DNA of 64,000 nucleotides from the human T2T-CHM13v2.0 reference genome, Homo sapiens: assembly GCF_009914755.1 (NCBI RefSeq), contig NC_060930.1. One strand, written 5' to 3'. Below the pieces are notes generated by a model. It was not told the DNA's origin and ran no database searches. It was given only the letters and a program-made list of their open reading frames with translations. The translations under genes were made by a program, and so were the position numbers. Positions 1 through 13,539 of this stretch are shown in pieces. The stretch's first letter is position 1. Each line of letters begins with the position of its first letter.

Positions 1-80
1 GCATCTCTTCGGGGTTAGAAAACAAATTAATAGAAACCCTTAATCTTGTAAAACTGAAACATTAAGAAAACACCAATTAT

Positions 81-125
81 AGATAGATGATAGATGGATG
101 GATAGATAGACAGATAGATGGATAG
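81..125. repeat. Imperfect (GATA/GGAT)n tetranucleotide microsatellite
   Basis: agatagatgatagatggatggatagatagacagatagatggataga seen directly. Confidence 0.9.
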
Positions 126-509
126 AATTGTGTTAACTACTCAAGCCTACCATTGGCAAGTAAAAACATCCCTTCATTAAATATTGTTTGTGGTTACATA
201 AAGAAGTGTTTCCAGAGAAAAGCCTCTTGAAATATTCTTTTTCTTGAAAAATTAATTGTTTTTTAAGGTCAGAAACCAAATGGGAACAAGAATTGGCAGT
301 ATGCTGCATTTATTTTTATATACGTGAAAACAATATAAAGGATAACAAATGCTATTTCAGTTATTTCTATCTTGAGAGATACAGAAAATAAGAAAAATTT
401 CATTAACCGGAGAAAAGAACCATTAAATGTTGAAACAGAAACTAAACAAATAACATATATCATTAAAAAGTAGTTAATATTAAGAATGTATCTGCCATAA
501 CCAAAAAAT

Positions 510-1085
510 ATAAGGGAACATTCCTCATGAGGCTGGTATAGCATAACGCCAAAATAAAATCATAGGACCATGTCATTTATTCACATAGATAGCAAAATTC
601 TAATACGAGCAAATCAAATACCACAGTGTAAAGAAAAGCTGCCATGATCAAGTTGAAGTTAGTCTAGATTGAAAGAAGTGCTTTAACATGAGAAAAGCAA
701 TGAATTACATTAACAACAGACTAAAGGTAAAGTGTTGTGGTGAAGAATTGATAAAATTCAATATTTGTACATGTTTACTCTTGGCAAATTAGAAACAGGA
801 ACATTTTTAATCTGAAAAAGGATATCTACCAAAAACCCTACAGCAAGTATCATAATTAGCAGTAAAACTTGCCATTTTTCTCTTTGAGATAGGGAACCAA
901 GCAAGGCTGCCCATTTTCATGAATGCTACCCAACATTGTAGTGGAGTCCTAGCCACTGCAGTAAAGCAGGAATGATTTAGTGAATGAAATACTTTTTACG
1001 TATAAAATTCGAAATAATCTACAAATAAATTAGAGTATTTAGCAAGTGTTATGTACAGTCCTATAGAAAAATCAGTTATAAAATC
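510..1085 (+). mobile_element. Ancient L1M ORF2 fragment
   Basis: Degenerate ORF2 landmarks: catgaggctggtata, catgatcaagt, gataaaattcaa, caaggctgccca, caacattgta...gtcctagcca. Confidence 0.7.
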
Positions 1086-1888
1086 TCACAAAGTTCCCTT
1101 ATGAAATTTAAAATCAAAAGGAAGTTTAGATTAAAGCTATTTTTTGCATATACTAAATTTATTGAATGCTGCTTTTCTATATATCATTTTTAATTACCCA
1201 GTCTTAAATATTAGCCACATGGCAGAATATTCAGTCATTAATATTAAAATGGAACAGTCTAATCTCTGATTTTATGTAAAAAATTAACTGCAATTATGAA
1301 TGTTTGCTAAATTCTTACTTGAAAATCTGCTTTGCTGTAATATTTAGGTAAAGTACATTATTGAAAATTGCTCTTATTAGGTATCTTATAAATATCTTAA
1401 AAATATTTAGCGGTAATCACTATATGAACAGTAACTGAGCTCAAATTCTCCTATTTTTCCACCTATTAGTATTATGTGTTGGTAGCTAAAGACTTAAATT
1501 AATCCCCAGATGAAATATTCTGGTAATGCAACACTATTTTCTCATTTTTTTCCTTGATTCATTCTTAATTAGCGTTTACATAAAGGTTCCTGTTATTAGA
1601 ATACAGTCACTGTCTTTGCAAAAAGGATTTGAAGTATTTTTCTACAAAGGTAAATATTACAAAATTAATATATAAATAATGATGGATGGAATTTTTTAAA
1701 AGAATTCCTATATATAGTGCTGGTGGTATGTATGGTTGAGTACACGTTTGTAATTGAGCTTCCTGGTAGTCAGTCCAAGAGGCTATATGGCTCTTTCTGC
1801 CAGAAAAAAAGCACTTCCTTTCCCATTGGAGGCAAACTTTACCTTGTCAATACATTTTAACATAAATTTCTCAAGTAGAAATTACACC

Positions 1889-2353
1889 TAGGGTCAAAAA
1901 TGCAAATGGTTATGGGAACCTGTCAGGGAATGTAAGTGAATTCATCAGGTTTAAAACCTTAGAGAGTCCCAGGGACTGTGGACAATTCTCACCTAAAAGG
2001 AGTGCTTGGCCGGGCTCGGTGGCTCAAGCCTGTAATCCCAGCACTCTGGGGGCCGAGGCGGGTGGATCATGAGGTCAGGAGTTCAAGATCAGCCTGGCCA
2101 AGATGGTGAAACCCCACCTCTACTAAAAATACAAAAATTAGCTGGGCATGGTGGCAGAAGGAGTTCTCAACAGTTCCTGTCATCATTGCCCCTTTGTTGC
2201 TATGGGTCCCTAAAATGAGGAAGTATATCTTGCTGTGTGTATCTGTTAATTTTTCTGATTATGATATGGTCAAATATTATAAAATATTTTAAAAATGTTC
2301 TCGGTTGGATCCGGCTAATGGATCACTAATGAGTCACTAATTTGTGACCTGTG
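1889..2353 (-). mobile_element. MER102-like hAT-Charlie DNA transposon, split by an Alu
   Basis: Ends resemble recalled MER102 termini (gggtcaaaaatgcaaatg... and ggatccggc...tttgtgacctgtg). Confidence 0.5.
2008..2156 (+). mobile_element. 3'-truncated AluS (left arm, linker, start of right arm; no tail)
   Basis: ggccgggctcggtggctcaagcctgtaatcccagc...tactaaaaatacaaaaattagctgggcatggtggca, then Alu similarity stops. Confidence 0.95.
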
Positions 2354-3174
2354 ATACAAAGAATATAAAACTATGTAATTTATGAAAAATAGCCTCAACA
2401 TTTTGTAACATTGAGAAGGGAATTTCATATGACGAGTCATTGTGTGGTGACTTGAATAAATTCTAAGCATATAACAATAAAAAAAAAGTCAGTGAAAGTG
2501 AATCCATGAGGGGCTCTGTTTTTGGGATAGTTTCCTTCAGCTGTTATCTGATGCAAAATCATAGATTAAAGCATCTAAAGAAGTGAGCTAGATGAATATC
2601 TCTTAGCTAATCTCTATTATTCCTTCTAATTTGGCTTTTGCCTGCCTGCCCACCATTGGACCTTTCTTTCTCATTCCCACCTTACCTGCCTTTCTTTCTT
2701 ATCTGCTTTGTTTCAGAAAGGATGTGATTTATTAGAGTGAATAGCATATGACAATATAGTTTCAGTCAAAAGTAGAGCAAGAATAGGAACATACCTATTG
2801 AGTCCACATTGAGCCCAGTATGAAATGAAAACAATATTATAACATACATTGCTATGCTGGTGGTCACAAATTTAAGACTTTGAATAGCCAATGTGAAAAA
2901 GGATATCTAGTCATCTACATGGTATACAATGTTCATAGTATAAGAAACAAATTTCTCAAGAAAAGTATAATTGCCTTGGTATTAAAGGAGAATTCTTCTG
3001 AGGGTTCTCATAAAGAAGATACGGTAATATAATGTACATTATCTTGATCAGTACATTCCCTAAAATAAGACAAAGACAAATTTCATAAGTCTTTCCTATA
3101 AATATCTTTATAGTATGTGATTACGATATCACACCAAAGCACAGTTCACTAAAAGTAATTATTTTGGAAGAGGA

Positions 3175-3198
3175 GTGTGTGTGTATGTGTGTGTGTGT
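3175..3198. repeat. (TG)n microsatellite
   Basis: gtgtgtgtgtatgtgtgtgtgtgt. Confidence 0.85.
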
Positions 3199-3789
3199 AA
3201 GACACCCACGTACCTTCAAGCATTTTTTCTGAGTATTCATTAATGAAATATTTCTTGAATTTCTGCCAGAGAATGTAGTAGTTAAGGGAGTATATGCATG
3301 AATAAGACACTAGTTTTCTGCTTTCATGGTGTTGACAGTTTTTAACCGTTAAAGCACTTCATTTTTGGTCACATAGATTTTTATTTATTGATTCCTTAAG
3401 TCTAATTAGTTATGCCTTTCTCATAAATCAAAAAATAAACAAAAATGTTTGCTAATGACTGATCTGCCCTGTTTCCATATCTTTAAAATGAAGTCATTGC
3501 ACTGGATGCCTGCTGAGATTGCTATTTAATATTAACAACATTTTTATGTTAAACATATCAATGTCATGAAAACTGGAAAAAAAGTGCATTTCTCTAAAAC
3601 AGCTATAAAGCTGTTTTGGGGAAAAAGTAAATTCTATAAAATTATAAACCTTAAATTCACATTGTTATCCACTCTGGATTTTGTTACTTTATTTGCCTTT
3701 CAAGTAACATTTCACTCACTTTCAAAAACTAATTGGTGGTTTCTTTTAAAATTAAGTATATCTTTACCATGACCAACAATTTTACTCCC

Positions 3790-4780
3790 ACTAGAGTAAA
3801 ATTTCTTCTCTTCCCTCCTCCTTCTCTTTTCCCTGTATCAATTGATACATTCTCATTCATGTCACATAACCAGAAACCTAGGGTCATTCTTTGCCTTATC
3901 ACACTTTGTCATGCCCAAAATTCCATATAGCACTAAATATGACTTCTTTTTTCTCAAAAATATTTCTCAAATGTTTACCCTACTCTCCATCTGTGCTATC
4001 TCTGACCAAGTCCAGGACATAATCGTTGTCCACTTGGCCTATTATATCGTAACTAATTTGTTTATATCTATGGTATTGCTTAATTTAAATTAATATCCAG
4101 AATAAGAGTCTATGTAATTCTCTTGCTTCAAATCTTTCAATGATTTCACATTGCCTGCAGAATGAAGCACAAACTTCTTCAAAAGGTATATAAAATGTCC
4201 CATTACTATTCTATGCCCACAACTGCAGTCTCATCTCCTGGTTTCTATTACATCAATATTTTACGTGAGCTCGATAACCAACACAACTTGTTATTTCATA
4301 ACCTCGTGAAGATCACTTTTGTGTGTGTGATGTCTTTTCCATTGTTCCTCACTAGTTTACTTCTACTGGAAACAGGGCAAGAATGGCAGAGAAGGCAAAG
4401 GAGGAAAAGAAATAAACATTTCTAATAAGTATCTAATGTGTGTCAAACACTGTATTAGGTGTCGTACATGTTATTTAATGTAATATTAATTCAACATTCT
4501 AAGTTTTGTTTGTCTTATGGTTAAGGAAACTATATGCTGTAACTTGCCAATGTCTCACATCTGAAAAGAGATGAATCTGAACAACTGTCCTTCTACTATA
4601 AGGTCAATTCATCCAGAAATATTTCCCTACACCCAACCCTTCTCCTACTCTCACAGACATTAGGCACTTAGAGTACACCTCTATTCCAGCATTTACTATA
4701 TTCTATTGAGATAAGCTTCATACCAGAATATCTTTGTCTCTATTACAAGCAGCCTGAGGGTCAGGCATATCTTTGGTTTC
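3790..4780 (+). mobile_element. L2 3' fragments with a minus-strand MIR at about 4410-4600
   Basis: L2 motifs (ctagggtcattctt, tcaaatctttcaatgatttc, gaatgaagcacaaactt); MIR motif tgtgtcaaacactgtattagg. Confidence 0.6.
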
Positions 4781-4822
4781 ATTTAAGAATATAAAATGTC
4801 ATAGATAGAAAACAGAAAACAG

Positions 4823-5670
4823 TGCTGTGGTTTGAATATATGCCCCAATACTCATGTGTTGGAAACTTAATCCCTAAAACAAAAGTGTTAAGAAGTGAAA
4901 ACGTTCAGAGGTGAATAGGTCGGGAGGGCTCTGCTTTCATGAATCGATTAAAGCCATTATCATGGGAGTGGGTTTGTTATTACAAGAGTGCATTTATTAT
5001 AAATGTCAGCTTGGCTTTTCTCTTTCTGTTACTTCCTTGCTCTGCTGTCTCTTGCCTTTCTGCCTTTGACTATGGATGAGGCAGCCTGAAGGCCCTCACC
5101 AGATGTGGTTCCTCAATCTTGGAAATCCCAACTTCCAGGGCCTTGAGACAAATAAACTTCTTTTCTTTACAAATTACTCAGTATATGGTATTCCCATCTT
5201 GGATCTCTGCTCCCTATATTTAAGTGCAATTTTCATCAGCTGCTCTAGCCATGGCTCAAGTGGTCCCAGGTGCAGCTCGACCTGCCACTCCAGAGGGTAC
5301 AAGTCATAAACCATGGCAGATGTACAGAATGTAAGTGGTAGGGGCATGGCTTCCTCTACCTAGATTTCAAAGGATGTCTTGGACAGCCTGAGGGCCGAGG
5401 CAGAGACTTGTCACAGGAGCAGAACCAGACCATCATAGAAAGCCCCTACCACAGCACTGCTAAGCAGAAGCATGAGGTTTCTCTGTGCCACCACAGAGAG
5501 TGGCAATGCCACTCACACTAGTTTATTCCTACTGGGAAGAGGACAATAGTGAGAGAGAATGGCAGTGCTTAGTGGAGCCCTGGGAGTAGGGTCACACCTA
5601 AGACCCAAGAACTATAGTGATGCCGGCTTACAGAATCAGCCCAGGAGAGCTGCAGACAGGAGACTCCAAC
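4823..5670 (+). mobile_element. MSTD-like MaLR LTR (4823-5193, 3' end missing) fused to MaLR internal sequence
   Basis: tgctgtggtttgaatat...ctcatgtgttggaaacttaatccc; internal motifs ctacctagatttcaaaggatg and gacccaagaactatag. Confidence 0.8.
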
Positions 5671-6678
5671 CTCCCTCTCTCTGCTGCCTTTATATTCCAG
5701 TGTTTGATAAAAGTAGGTGCAAATTTAGGGCATGTTGAATTGAAAAAAAATTCACATGAAGCTTTACATATACAAAAAATGTGCTATAAGAAGTTTCTGT
5801 TCATGAATATTTCTTATTAGTCATTATTCTATTTTCTACAGCAAGAAGATTGTACATGTGTTCCATGATTTGATGGTTATAGCCAAATAATACTATACTG
5901 GCATATATAATTTCCCTTAATCTTCTTTAAATAAAATATTAATAATAAAATTGTAGTTATACTTCAGGGTTTTTTAATAAATGAGCTATTTATACACAGT
6001 CAATTTCAGAAAGGTATAAGAACAATCAAAAACAATAAACAAAATAATAATTGCTTACATAAATAAGGCAATTGTGTTGATATAACAAATTAGTGGCAGA
6101 AATTCTGGAAGTGGCCCATTTAAACCAACTTTCAATCAGTCATTTACTTTAAGAGTATAATGTTTGAGATACTCATAGCTTCCAACCTATTTGCATAATC
6201 CCTGTGCTCTCTCCACTAAATGTTTTGCTAAAATTAACACCGCTATTAAAACAGAACATGCACTAGAAATTATTAAAGAGTAAATATTGACATGCTTTTC
6301 AGTCAGTATAACAATTTAGAAAACAGTATGTTGAATATTAACCTCATTTCTTCATTAATCATGATTCCTAATATACAAATAATTCTTTAAAAGGAGAGCA
6401 GAACCAATTCTTTTTGTTTATGACAAAGTCCTACAAACACTACTCAGAATATTTAGTAACTGACCTAAGTATGAAAATCGGGTTGGATAAGCAGTTATCC
6501 TAGGAAATCACATGGAGAAGCCCTGCAAATTTTGAAGATATTGTTTAGAGTCAAAAGATAGATAGACTCATATATTTCATTCATGTTCCTATTTCCTGAA
6601 ACCGTCACTACTTTCTCCTCTATTTTCACTTAGAATTGATAATTTTGCTTCTTACTTAACTGAGAAAATACAAGCAAT

Positions 6679-7222
6679 TGAAGATGACACCGAATGAGCC
6701 ATCCTTTATATAATTCCCTTCTTTTGAGTGTGAGCTGAATCTGTAATTTACTTGTAACAGAGAATAGCAAAGATGGAGGCTTTTGAGGATGTAATCGAGA
6801 GCTTTAATCAGTTTAAGTTAATCAACAGGTAGATAATGCTGGGTGGGCTGACCTAATCAGGTGAGCCCTTTAAAACAGATCTAGAGGTTAGAGACAGAAG
6901 AAATTAGAGACGCTGTCCTGTTGGCCTTGAAGAAGTAAGCCACCATGAGTCTACAACTTCAAGGAAAGAAATTCTGCCAAAAAAAAAAAAAAAAAAACCC
7001 AAAAAGAACCAAAAAAAAAAAAGTCGGCTTGGAAGAGTACCCTGAGCTTATATGAGTCCTCAGTGCTGGCTGACACCTTAATTGTAGCTATGTGAGACCC
7101 TGAGCAGAGGACCTAGTGAAGCCATTCCTGATATACTGCCTCATGGGAACCGACATAATAAAAACATTGTTTCAAGCTACTGAATTTCAATAATTTGTTA
7201 CACGGCCTTATAAATTTAATAT
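6679..7222 (+). mobile_element. MLT1E/F-type MaLR solo LTR inserted in an L2
   Basis: gggtgggctgacctaatcaggtgagcccttt; gctggctgacacctta; 5-bp TSD gcaat at 6674-6678 and 7223-7227. Confidence 0.8.
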
Positions 7223-7519
7223 GCAATCAAAAGAAAATATCTATATGCTTCTACCACCAAAGTACCCTCTTGCACATGTGTGTTCTTTGCTCTGCCAACC
7301 CTTCTTTTCACTGTGAATAAACTGTCCTTTTCTTCATCAAAACCAATCCCTCTTTGGGGTCCTAAATCCTATTTCCTCATGTCTGCTAAAAGGCATCTCT
7401 ATGACCATGGTCCTTTCTCACTCCTACCTTATTAATTTACCCCTTCTCTTCTCTGGTAAATAGTTCACAAATAGGATCTGTTTTTTTCCAAATTCAAAAA
7501 CCATGCTTCCTCTGGTATT

Positions 7520-7820
7520 CTTTCAAAGAAAATAACCCCAGACTAGACATGTACAAAAAACATCTGACAAACCCAAACTGAGAGTCATTCTGCACAATAT
7601 TGACCAGTAGTACATAAAACATAGGATTATGAAACAAAGAAAAGATAGAGAAACTGTGATAGACCAGAGGAGATTAAGGAGATATGACAAGTAAATGAAA
7701 TATAGTATCTGAAATTGGATCCTGGAACAGTAAAGGGACATTAGGAAAGAACTGCTGAAATCTGAAGAAAGTATGAGGTAACCAATGTTAGTTTCTTAGA
7801 TTCAACAAATATACCATGGT
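7520..7820 (+). mobile_element. L1MC/L1MD 3' UTR fragment
   Basis: gacaaacccaaactgagagtcattctgca; gaccagaggagattaaggagatatgac; ggatcctggaacag. Confidence 0.8.
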
Positions 7821-8059
7821 CAACCCCACTTTCTTCAGATCTTGCTCAAATACCATCTTCCCAGCAAGGCCTTCTTTTACACTCTATTTTATTAAAGATC
7901 ATACCCCTTACTTCTATTTAATAAACATACACAGTGTGCTTACTTTTCTACAATGAGGAAATAAAATGAACATAATTCTCCATTCCCAAGGAGTTCAGAG
8001 TTTTGAAGCAAAATAATAATTTTCTCAGAAGATATCTGGTTTTTGTTTTTTCATTGTTT

Positions 8060-8550
8060 GTTCTGCCAAGTGTTTTGTTGTTTTGTTTTGTTTTTTAACA
8101 CTTTCTGATAAAAAATCTCACCTTTAAATTTGAGGAACCACCCTTCCCTACTCTTTGTGGTCTCAGTGGGGTCATTCATCCCCGGACCTTTAGGGTGCAC
8201 ATATGATATTAACTGGCAAATTGATCTACTCCCTTTCCTACAGTGACAGCTCCAGGGCGAGGCACATGAACCAAGCCCCACTGAGCTTTAATAACATAGG
8301 CTTGTAGCACTCAACAGATAGATTTTGTCCCACATGGAAAGCTTCTATGAACAAAACCAACAGAGAGGAAAGCAAAAGAAATAGGTGGGCAAAAAGACAA
8401 CTTGATGACATATTTTGAATCCCCAGATTCTACCTTGGATCATGTCTGCCTTTAGCCTCTCTATTCCCTTAGCCAATAAACTTTTCTTTTTTGATGAAGC
8501 TAATTTAAGTTGATTTTATGTTATGGAACTCGAAGGGTTCTTACTAATAA
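8060..8550 (+). mobile_element. MLT1J/K-type LTR
   Basis: agccaataaacttttctttt...gctaatttaagttg...ttactaata 3' end typical of late MLT1 LTRs. Confidence 0.65.
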
Positions 8551-8711
8551 AATCTTACATAGTGTTATAAGTCTTAAAATAGAGGTAGATATGGTGGACG
8601 CATAAGGAAGAGTCAATACTTTTTGAAATGCCAAAGAAATACTCACAGAGGAGTCACCCCTAAGTTTTAAAGTCTCAATAAGAACATATGAACAAGCACA
8701 GGAGCAACCTT

Positions 8712-8890
8712 ATTAAATTATTGAGTTCCTACTGTGTGCCAGGCACTGTTTCAAGTATGTTACATACATCATGGATTAGATCTTATTATTCTCACCAGTT
8801 TACTAACTGAGGGAGAAAGCAGTTAAGTAAACTTGCCCAAATTTATATCTGAGAATTAAATTCTTATCCACTGAATTCCATAGGATGCTA
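8712..8890 (-). mobile_element. MIR
   Basis: ttattgagttcctactgtgtgccaggcactg; gttaagtaaacttgccca. Confidence 0.75.
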
Positions 8891-9381
8891 TTTTCAAGAA
8901 AACAAATTTTATAATATGTAATTTTTAAAACGTTTGCCATTTTGTTCTTATAACTCAGGAAAGTGGCACACAAAATCTTTATTATGAATTGGAATATCTT
9001 ACAAGAGGAATGACTTGAGCTGTCTAAAACCATCTAACTTCGGTTTAATTAAGGTGAAGAATATACTGAAGAACAAAGGGGAAAACAGATACGTTGCATA
9101 GTTGATAAGAGAAAAATTACTATTATTTCATTGATCAGTTTTCTGCTACATGTGTGCTTCTACTCCCTGATTAGAGCAGTTATTGAGGAGCATGAACAAT
9201 TGTATATAAATCCTTATGAGAATCAAGCATTTCCTCTAGTGTGGCTGATGTATTTAACCAGGTAATGCTGACAACACCTGCTTGGATGGGTTAGGGGGTA
9301 TTTTTTGTAGGAGTGCAACTAGTGAATCAAAGAAGACATATTTTGAGAAACTTTAGGGTAATTTTTTTGTTGTTTATTTTT

Positions 9382-9384
<3 letters not shown>

Positions 9385-9426
<42 letters not shown>

Positions 9427-9711
9427 AGACAGGTCCTCACTCTGTTGCCCAGGCTTTAGTGCAGTAGTGTGATCATGGCTCAGTGCAGCCTTGAACTCTG
9501 GGGTTCACGTGATCTTTCAGACTCAACCTCCCAAATAGCTGGGATTAGGCATGTGCCATCACACCTGGCTACTTTTTTTAAATGTCTTTTTTTGGAGATC
9601 GGGGTCTCACTATATTGCCTTAGCTATTCTCAAACTCCTGGGCTCAAGTGATCCTCCTGCCTCAGCCTCCCAAAGTGCTTGGACTACAGGCATGAGCCAC
9701 CACATCCTGCC
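9385..9711 (-). mobile_element. AluJ with a pure 41-nt A tail
   Basis: AluJ diagnostics (gatcatggctc, ctcctgggctcaagtgatcctcctgcc); T run 9385-9425. Confidence 0.92.
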
Positions 9712-9974
9712 TTATTTTAACAAAATAATATGCTAAATTCCTTAAGGAAAAGTGACAAATATTTTTGAAGATGCATGAAGACTCCTATAAAACTTGTCAG
9801 TTTTGAGAGACCTTTAAGTTTCTTTTATTTGCTCACAAAATTTAGTAACATCTAATACCAGTTGATATGTGGTCTCAGTGGGGTCATTTTTCTATTTGCT
9901 CTAGCTTGTTTAACTTTTTGTCTTGTACATATTCCTCTTATAAAATAAGTCATTCATTCTATTCAAATACTAAC

Positions 9975-10333
9975 TCATATGTCTTTGCTGTGTCCCCACC
10001 TAAATCTCATCTTGAACTGTAGCTCATATAGTCCCCATGTGTCATGGAAGGGACCTGGTAGGAGATACTTGAATCATGGGGGTGTGTTTTTCCTGGGCTG
10101 TTCTTGTAATAGTGAATAGGTCTCATTAGATCTGATTATAAAGGGCAGTTCCCCTGCACACACTGTCTTGCCTGCTGCCATGTAAGACATGCCTTTGCTT
10201 CTCCTTTGTTTTTTGCCATGATTGTGAGGCCTCCTCAGCCATGTGGAAGTGTGAGTCCATTAAACCTCTTTTTCTTTATAAATTACCTAGTCTTGGGTAT
10301 TTCTTCATAGCAGTATGAAAATGGACTGATACA
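9975..10333 (+). mobile_element. THE1C-like solo LTR
   Basis: gctgtgtccccacctaaatctcatcttgaa...ttcttcatagcagtatgaaaatggactgataca; TSD ctaac/ataac. Confidence 0.9.
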
Positions 10334-11314
10334 ATAACTGATTAGCTGCAAATGTGATTAGAGTACCATGAATAGATCTCAGACATCTCTTTATCATTAA
10401 TGAAACACCCCAAACTTTTCCTTTAATTAAAGTGTCTTTCATTAATTGACAACTGTTCTTTTATTGCTCAGCATTATGGCAGCATATGTTATTAAGGAAA
10501 AATGGAGAAAATATTGTTTTTCTTTAATGATGCCCTGCAACACTTTGGTCTTTTTTCAAAGTTTAACTTTCACAGGCACTAATCCAAGAATTTATAAGCT
10601 GAGATATTTCTTCGTTATTGTGCACGTATTTCCATGAACACTAGAGGAATGTGTTTTTATTCACCATTTAGAAGCATCATGCCATCTTAATTACTGTGCT
10701 CTAAGAAATAAAACATTTTAAGCTATGAATTGAAAAATCAATTTTATCTAACTAGCCTTGAGTAAGTTGACAATTTATTAGTGGTACTTCACTGAAACCT
10801 AAGCACTTTGGGAATAAGTTAAAAAACACTTCATTTTCCAATTTTAAAAATATAGAGTTCTTTCTCTTCTTCTTTCATTTTTCCCTTCTTTCTCTTTACT
10901 CCTTCATTACTTTCTGTCTTTTCCACCTATTTCCTACTTCTTCCCTTCCTCCCTCCCTTCTTTCTTTCCTAATTTTTTGTTTCTTTTTAAAAAAACAGTC
11001 TAGTATTACAAATGACATTTCTTCAGACCAGATTTGTTATAGGAAGAAAAACTGAGATGAAATGCAGGATGTCATGCTTTTAAAATTTTTTTATTCAGTT
11101 TATAAATTGAAATAACAAATTAATTTTTACATTTTATAATGTGCCTTAACTTTATTGGTTTTGAAAGTAAACTGTAGTTTTATGGTCCATCACACTTTTT
11201 CATAAATTACAAACTCTGAATAAGATAATAGCTTGATATTACATCACTTCCTACATATATTTTGGGTTACAGCATGTTGATTACTGATTTATCATAGATG
11301 AAGATGAAATTCAT

Positions 11315-11600
11315 GACTAATATTTTTGAGTTCCTACCAACTCTGCTTTAACTTTGTTATCTCTTTAGCCTTCAAAGCATCCTCTATGCCAAGGGAGTTA
11401 TCCTCAGCTTCATTTTTATTTTCCTCACCTATAAAATGAAAATAATAGTAGCACTTACCTCATGGAGTGATGTGCTAATAGTTGAAATAAATGATGCATG
11501 GTAACCTGCCTAAAGTGGCTGAGCTAACAAGAGAAAAGACCAAGGCTTTTTAAACCTAAATCTGTCCAGTTCTAGAGCATGTGTGCTTAACTATAAACTA
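11315..11600. mobile_element. MIR fragments in opposite orientations (- / + / -)
   Basis: Plus core ttcctcacctataaaatgaaaataatagtagcacttacctcatgg lies between two minus-strand MIR pieces. Confidence 0.6.
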
Positions 11601-12547
11601 TTGTGCTGTAGCGACATACGAAAGCTCACTGCTGCTGGAAAAATCACCCTCCCTAGCTCCTGCACTGCTCTCTATTAGATTGAGGAGAGGGAAACAGAGC
11701 TTGTCTTACTCTCACTATGACCATGGTGCCCATTCTCCAGTTACCCCAACCTATTTCCAAGAAGGATATACAATTAGAGTTAATCATCTATCTCTCTATA
11801 AGATACCATCAGGACCAATGCCATTGTGTCCTACAACCCTGTTTATCTTAGTCCTTGACAAGAAGTCCAAACCTGCATATCCTTCCTCAACTTATCTCCA
11901 AATGGCACTGAACAATCCTTTACCATTTTTCCCTGTAGCAAATGAGTCTAAAATGACCCCCAATTATCCTAACCTCCTGGTACTGAACTTTTTGTGTGTT
12001 TTTTTTTCCTCTCAAGAGTGGTTGTGTCCTTTGAATTACTTCTAATAACAAAACACAATACTGCAAAGGTGATGGCTTATCATATCTGTGATTATGATAC
12101 ATAAGATTGTAATGTCCATTTTTCTAGAAGACCCTCCTCCTTGTTGGTTTTGATGAAGCCTTACTGAGGAGTCCTACATGACAAAGAACTGAGGGTGACC
12201 AGTCAACAGCCAGCAGGAAACTAAGGCCCTCAATGTACCAGTCTACATGGATCCACATCATCCCAACAACCACATGAGCTTAGAAATGAATCCTTCCCCA
12301 GTCAAGCCTTGAGAAGACAGCTTTGGCTGAGATCTTTTTTTTAATTGAAAAATAATTTAATGATGAAATATCTCATATTAGTTAATATCTTGCTTGCCAC
12401 AATGTTTCATATTATCATTGGCCTACATCTCAAAATACAACATATAGAGGACAAAGTTTATCATTAATAAAAGTAAATGTAAACCTATAACTCAATGGAA
12501 GGGAGGAGCTGAATTCTTGTAAGTCTGAATTAGATAGATCATCAGGG

Positions 12548-13371
<824 letters not shown>

Positions 13372-13539
13372 TGGCTAAAATCTTGACTGCTGTCTTGAGG
13401 AGAATCAGATAAGCCATAACTGGGCTCCTGAACCACAGAGATTGGAAGATAAAAATGTAGGTTGTTTTAAGCTGCTGAGTTTATGATAATATTAATACTG
13501 AGCAATATGCAATTCATATACTCCTGAATCCCTGAAACT

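Noticed and set aside
268-480. Exon-like segment (ttttaag|...|gtatgc) and a short A-rich open frame
   Set aside because: Peptides are unrecognisable, the region runs into an ancient L1 fragment, and A-rich L1 DNA often yields such frames.
11581-12045. 154-aa ORF
   Set aside because: Spans MIR, probable L2 and MLT1 sequence, has a non-ATG start and no recognisable domain.
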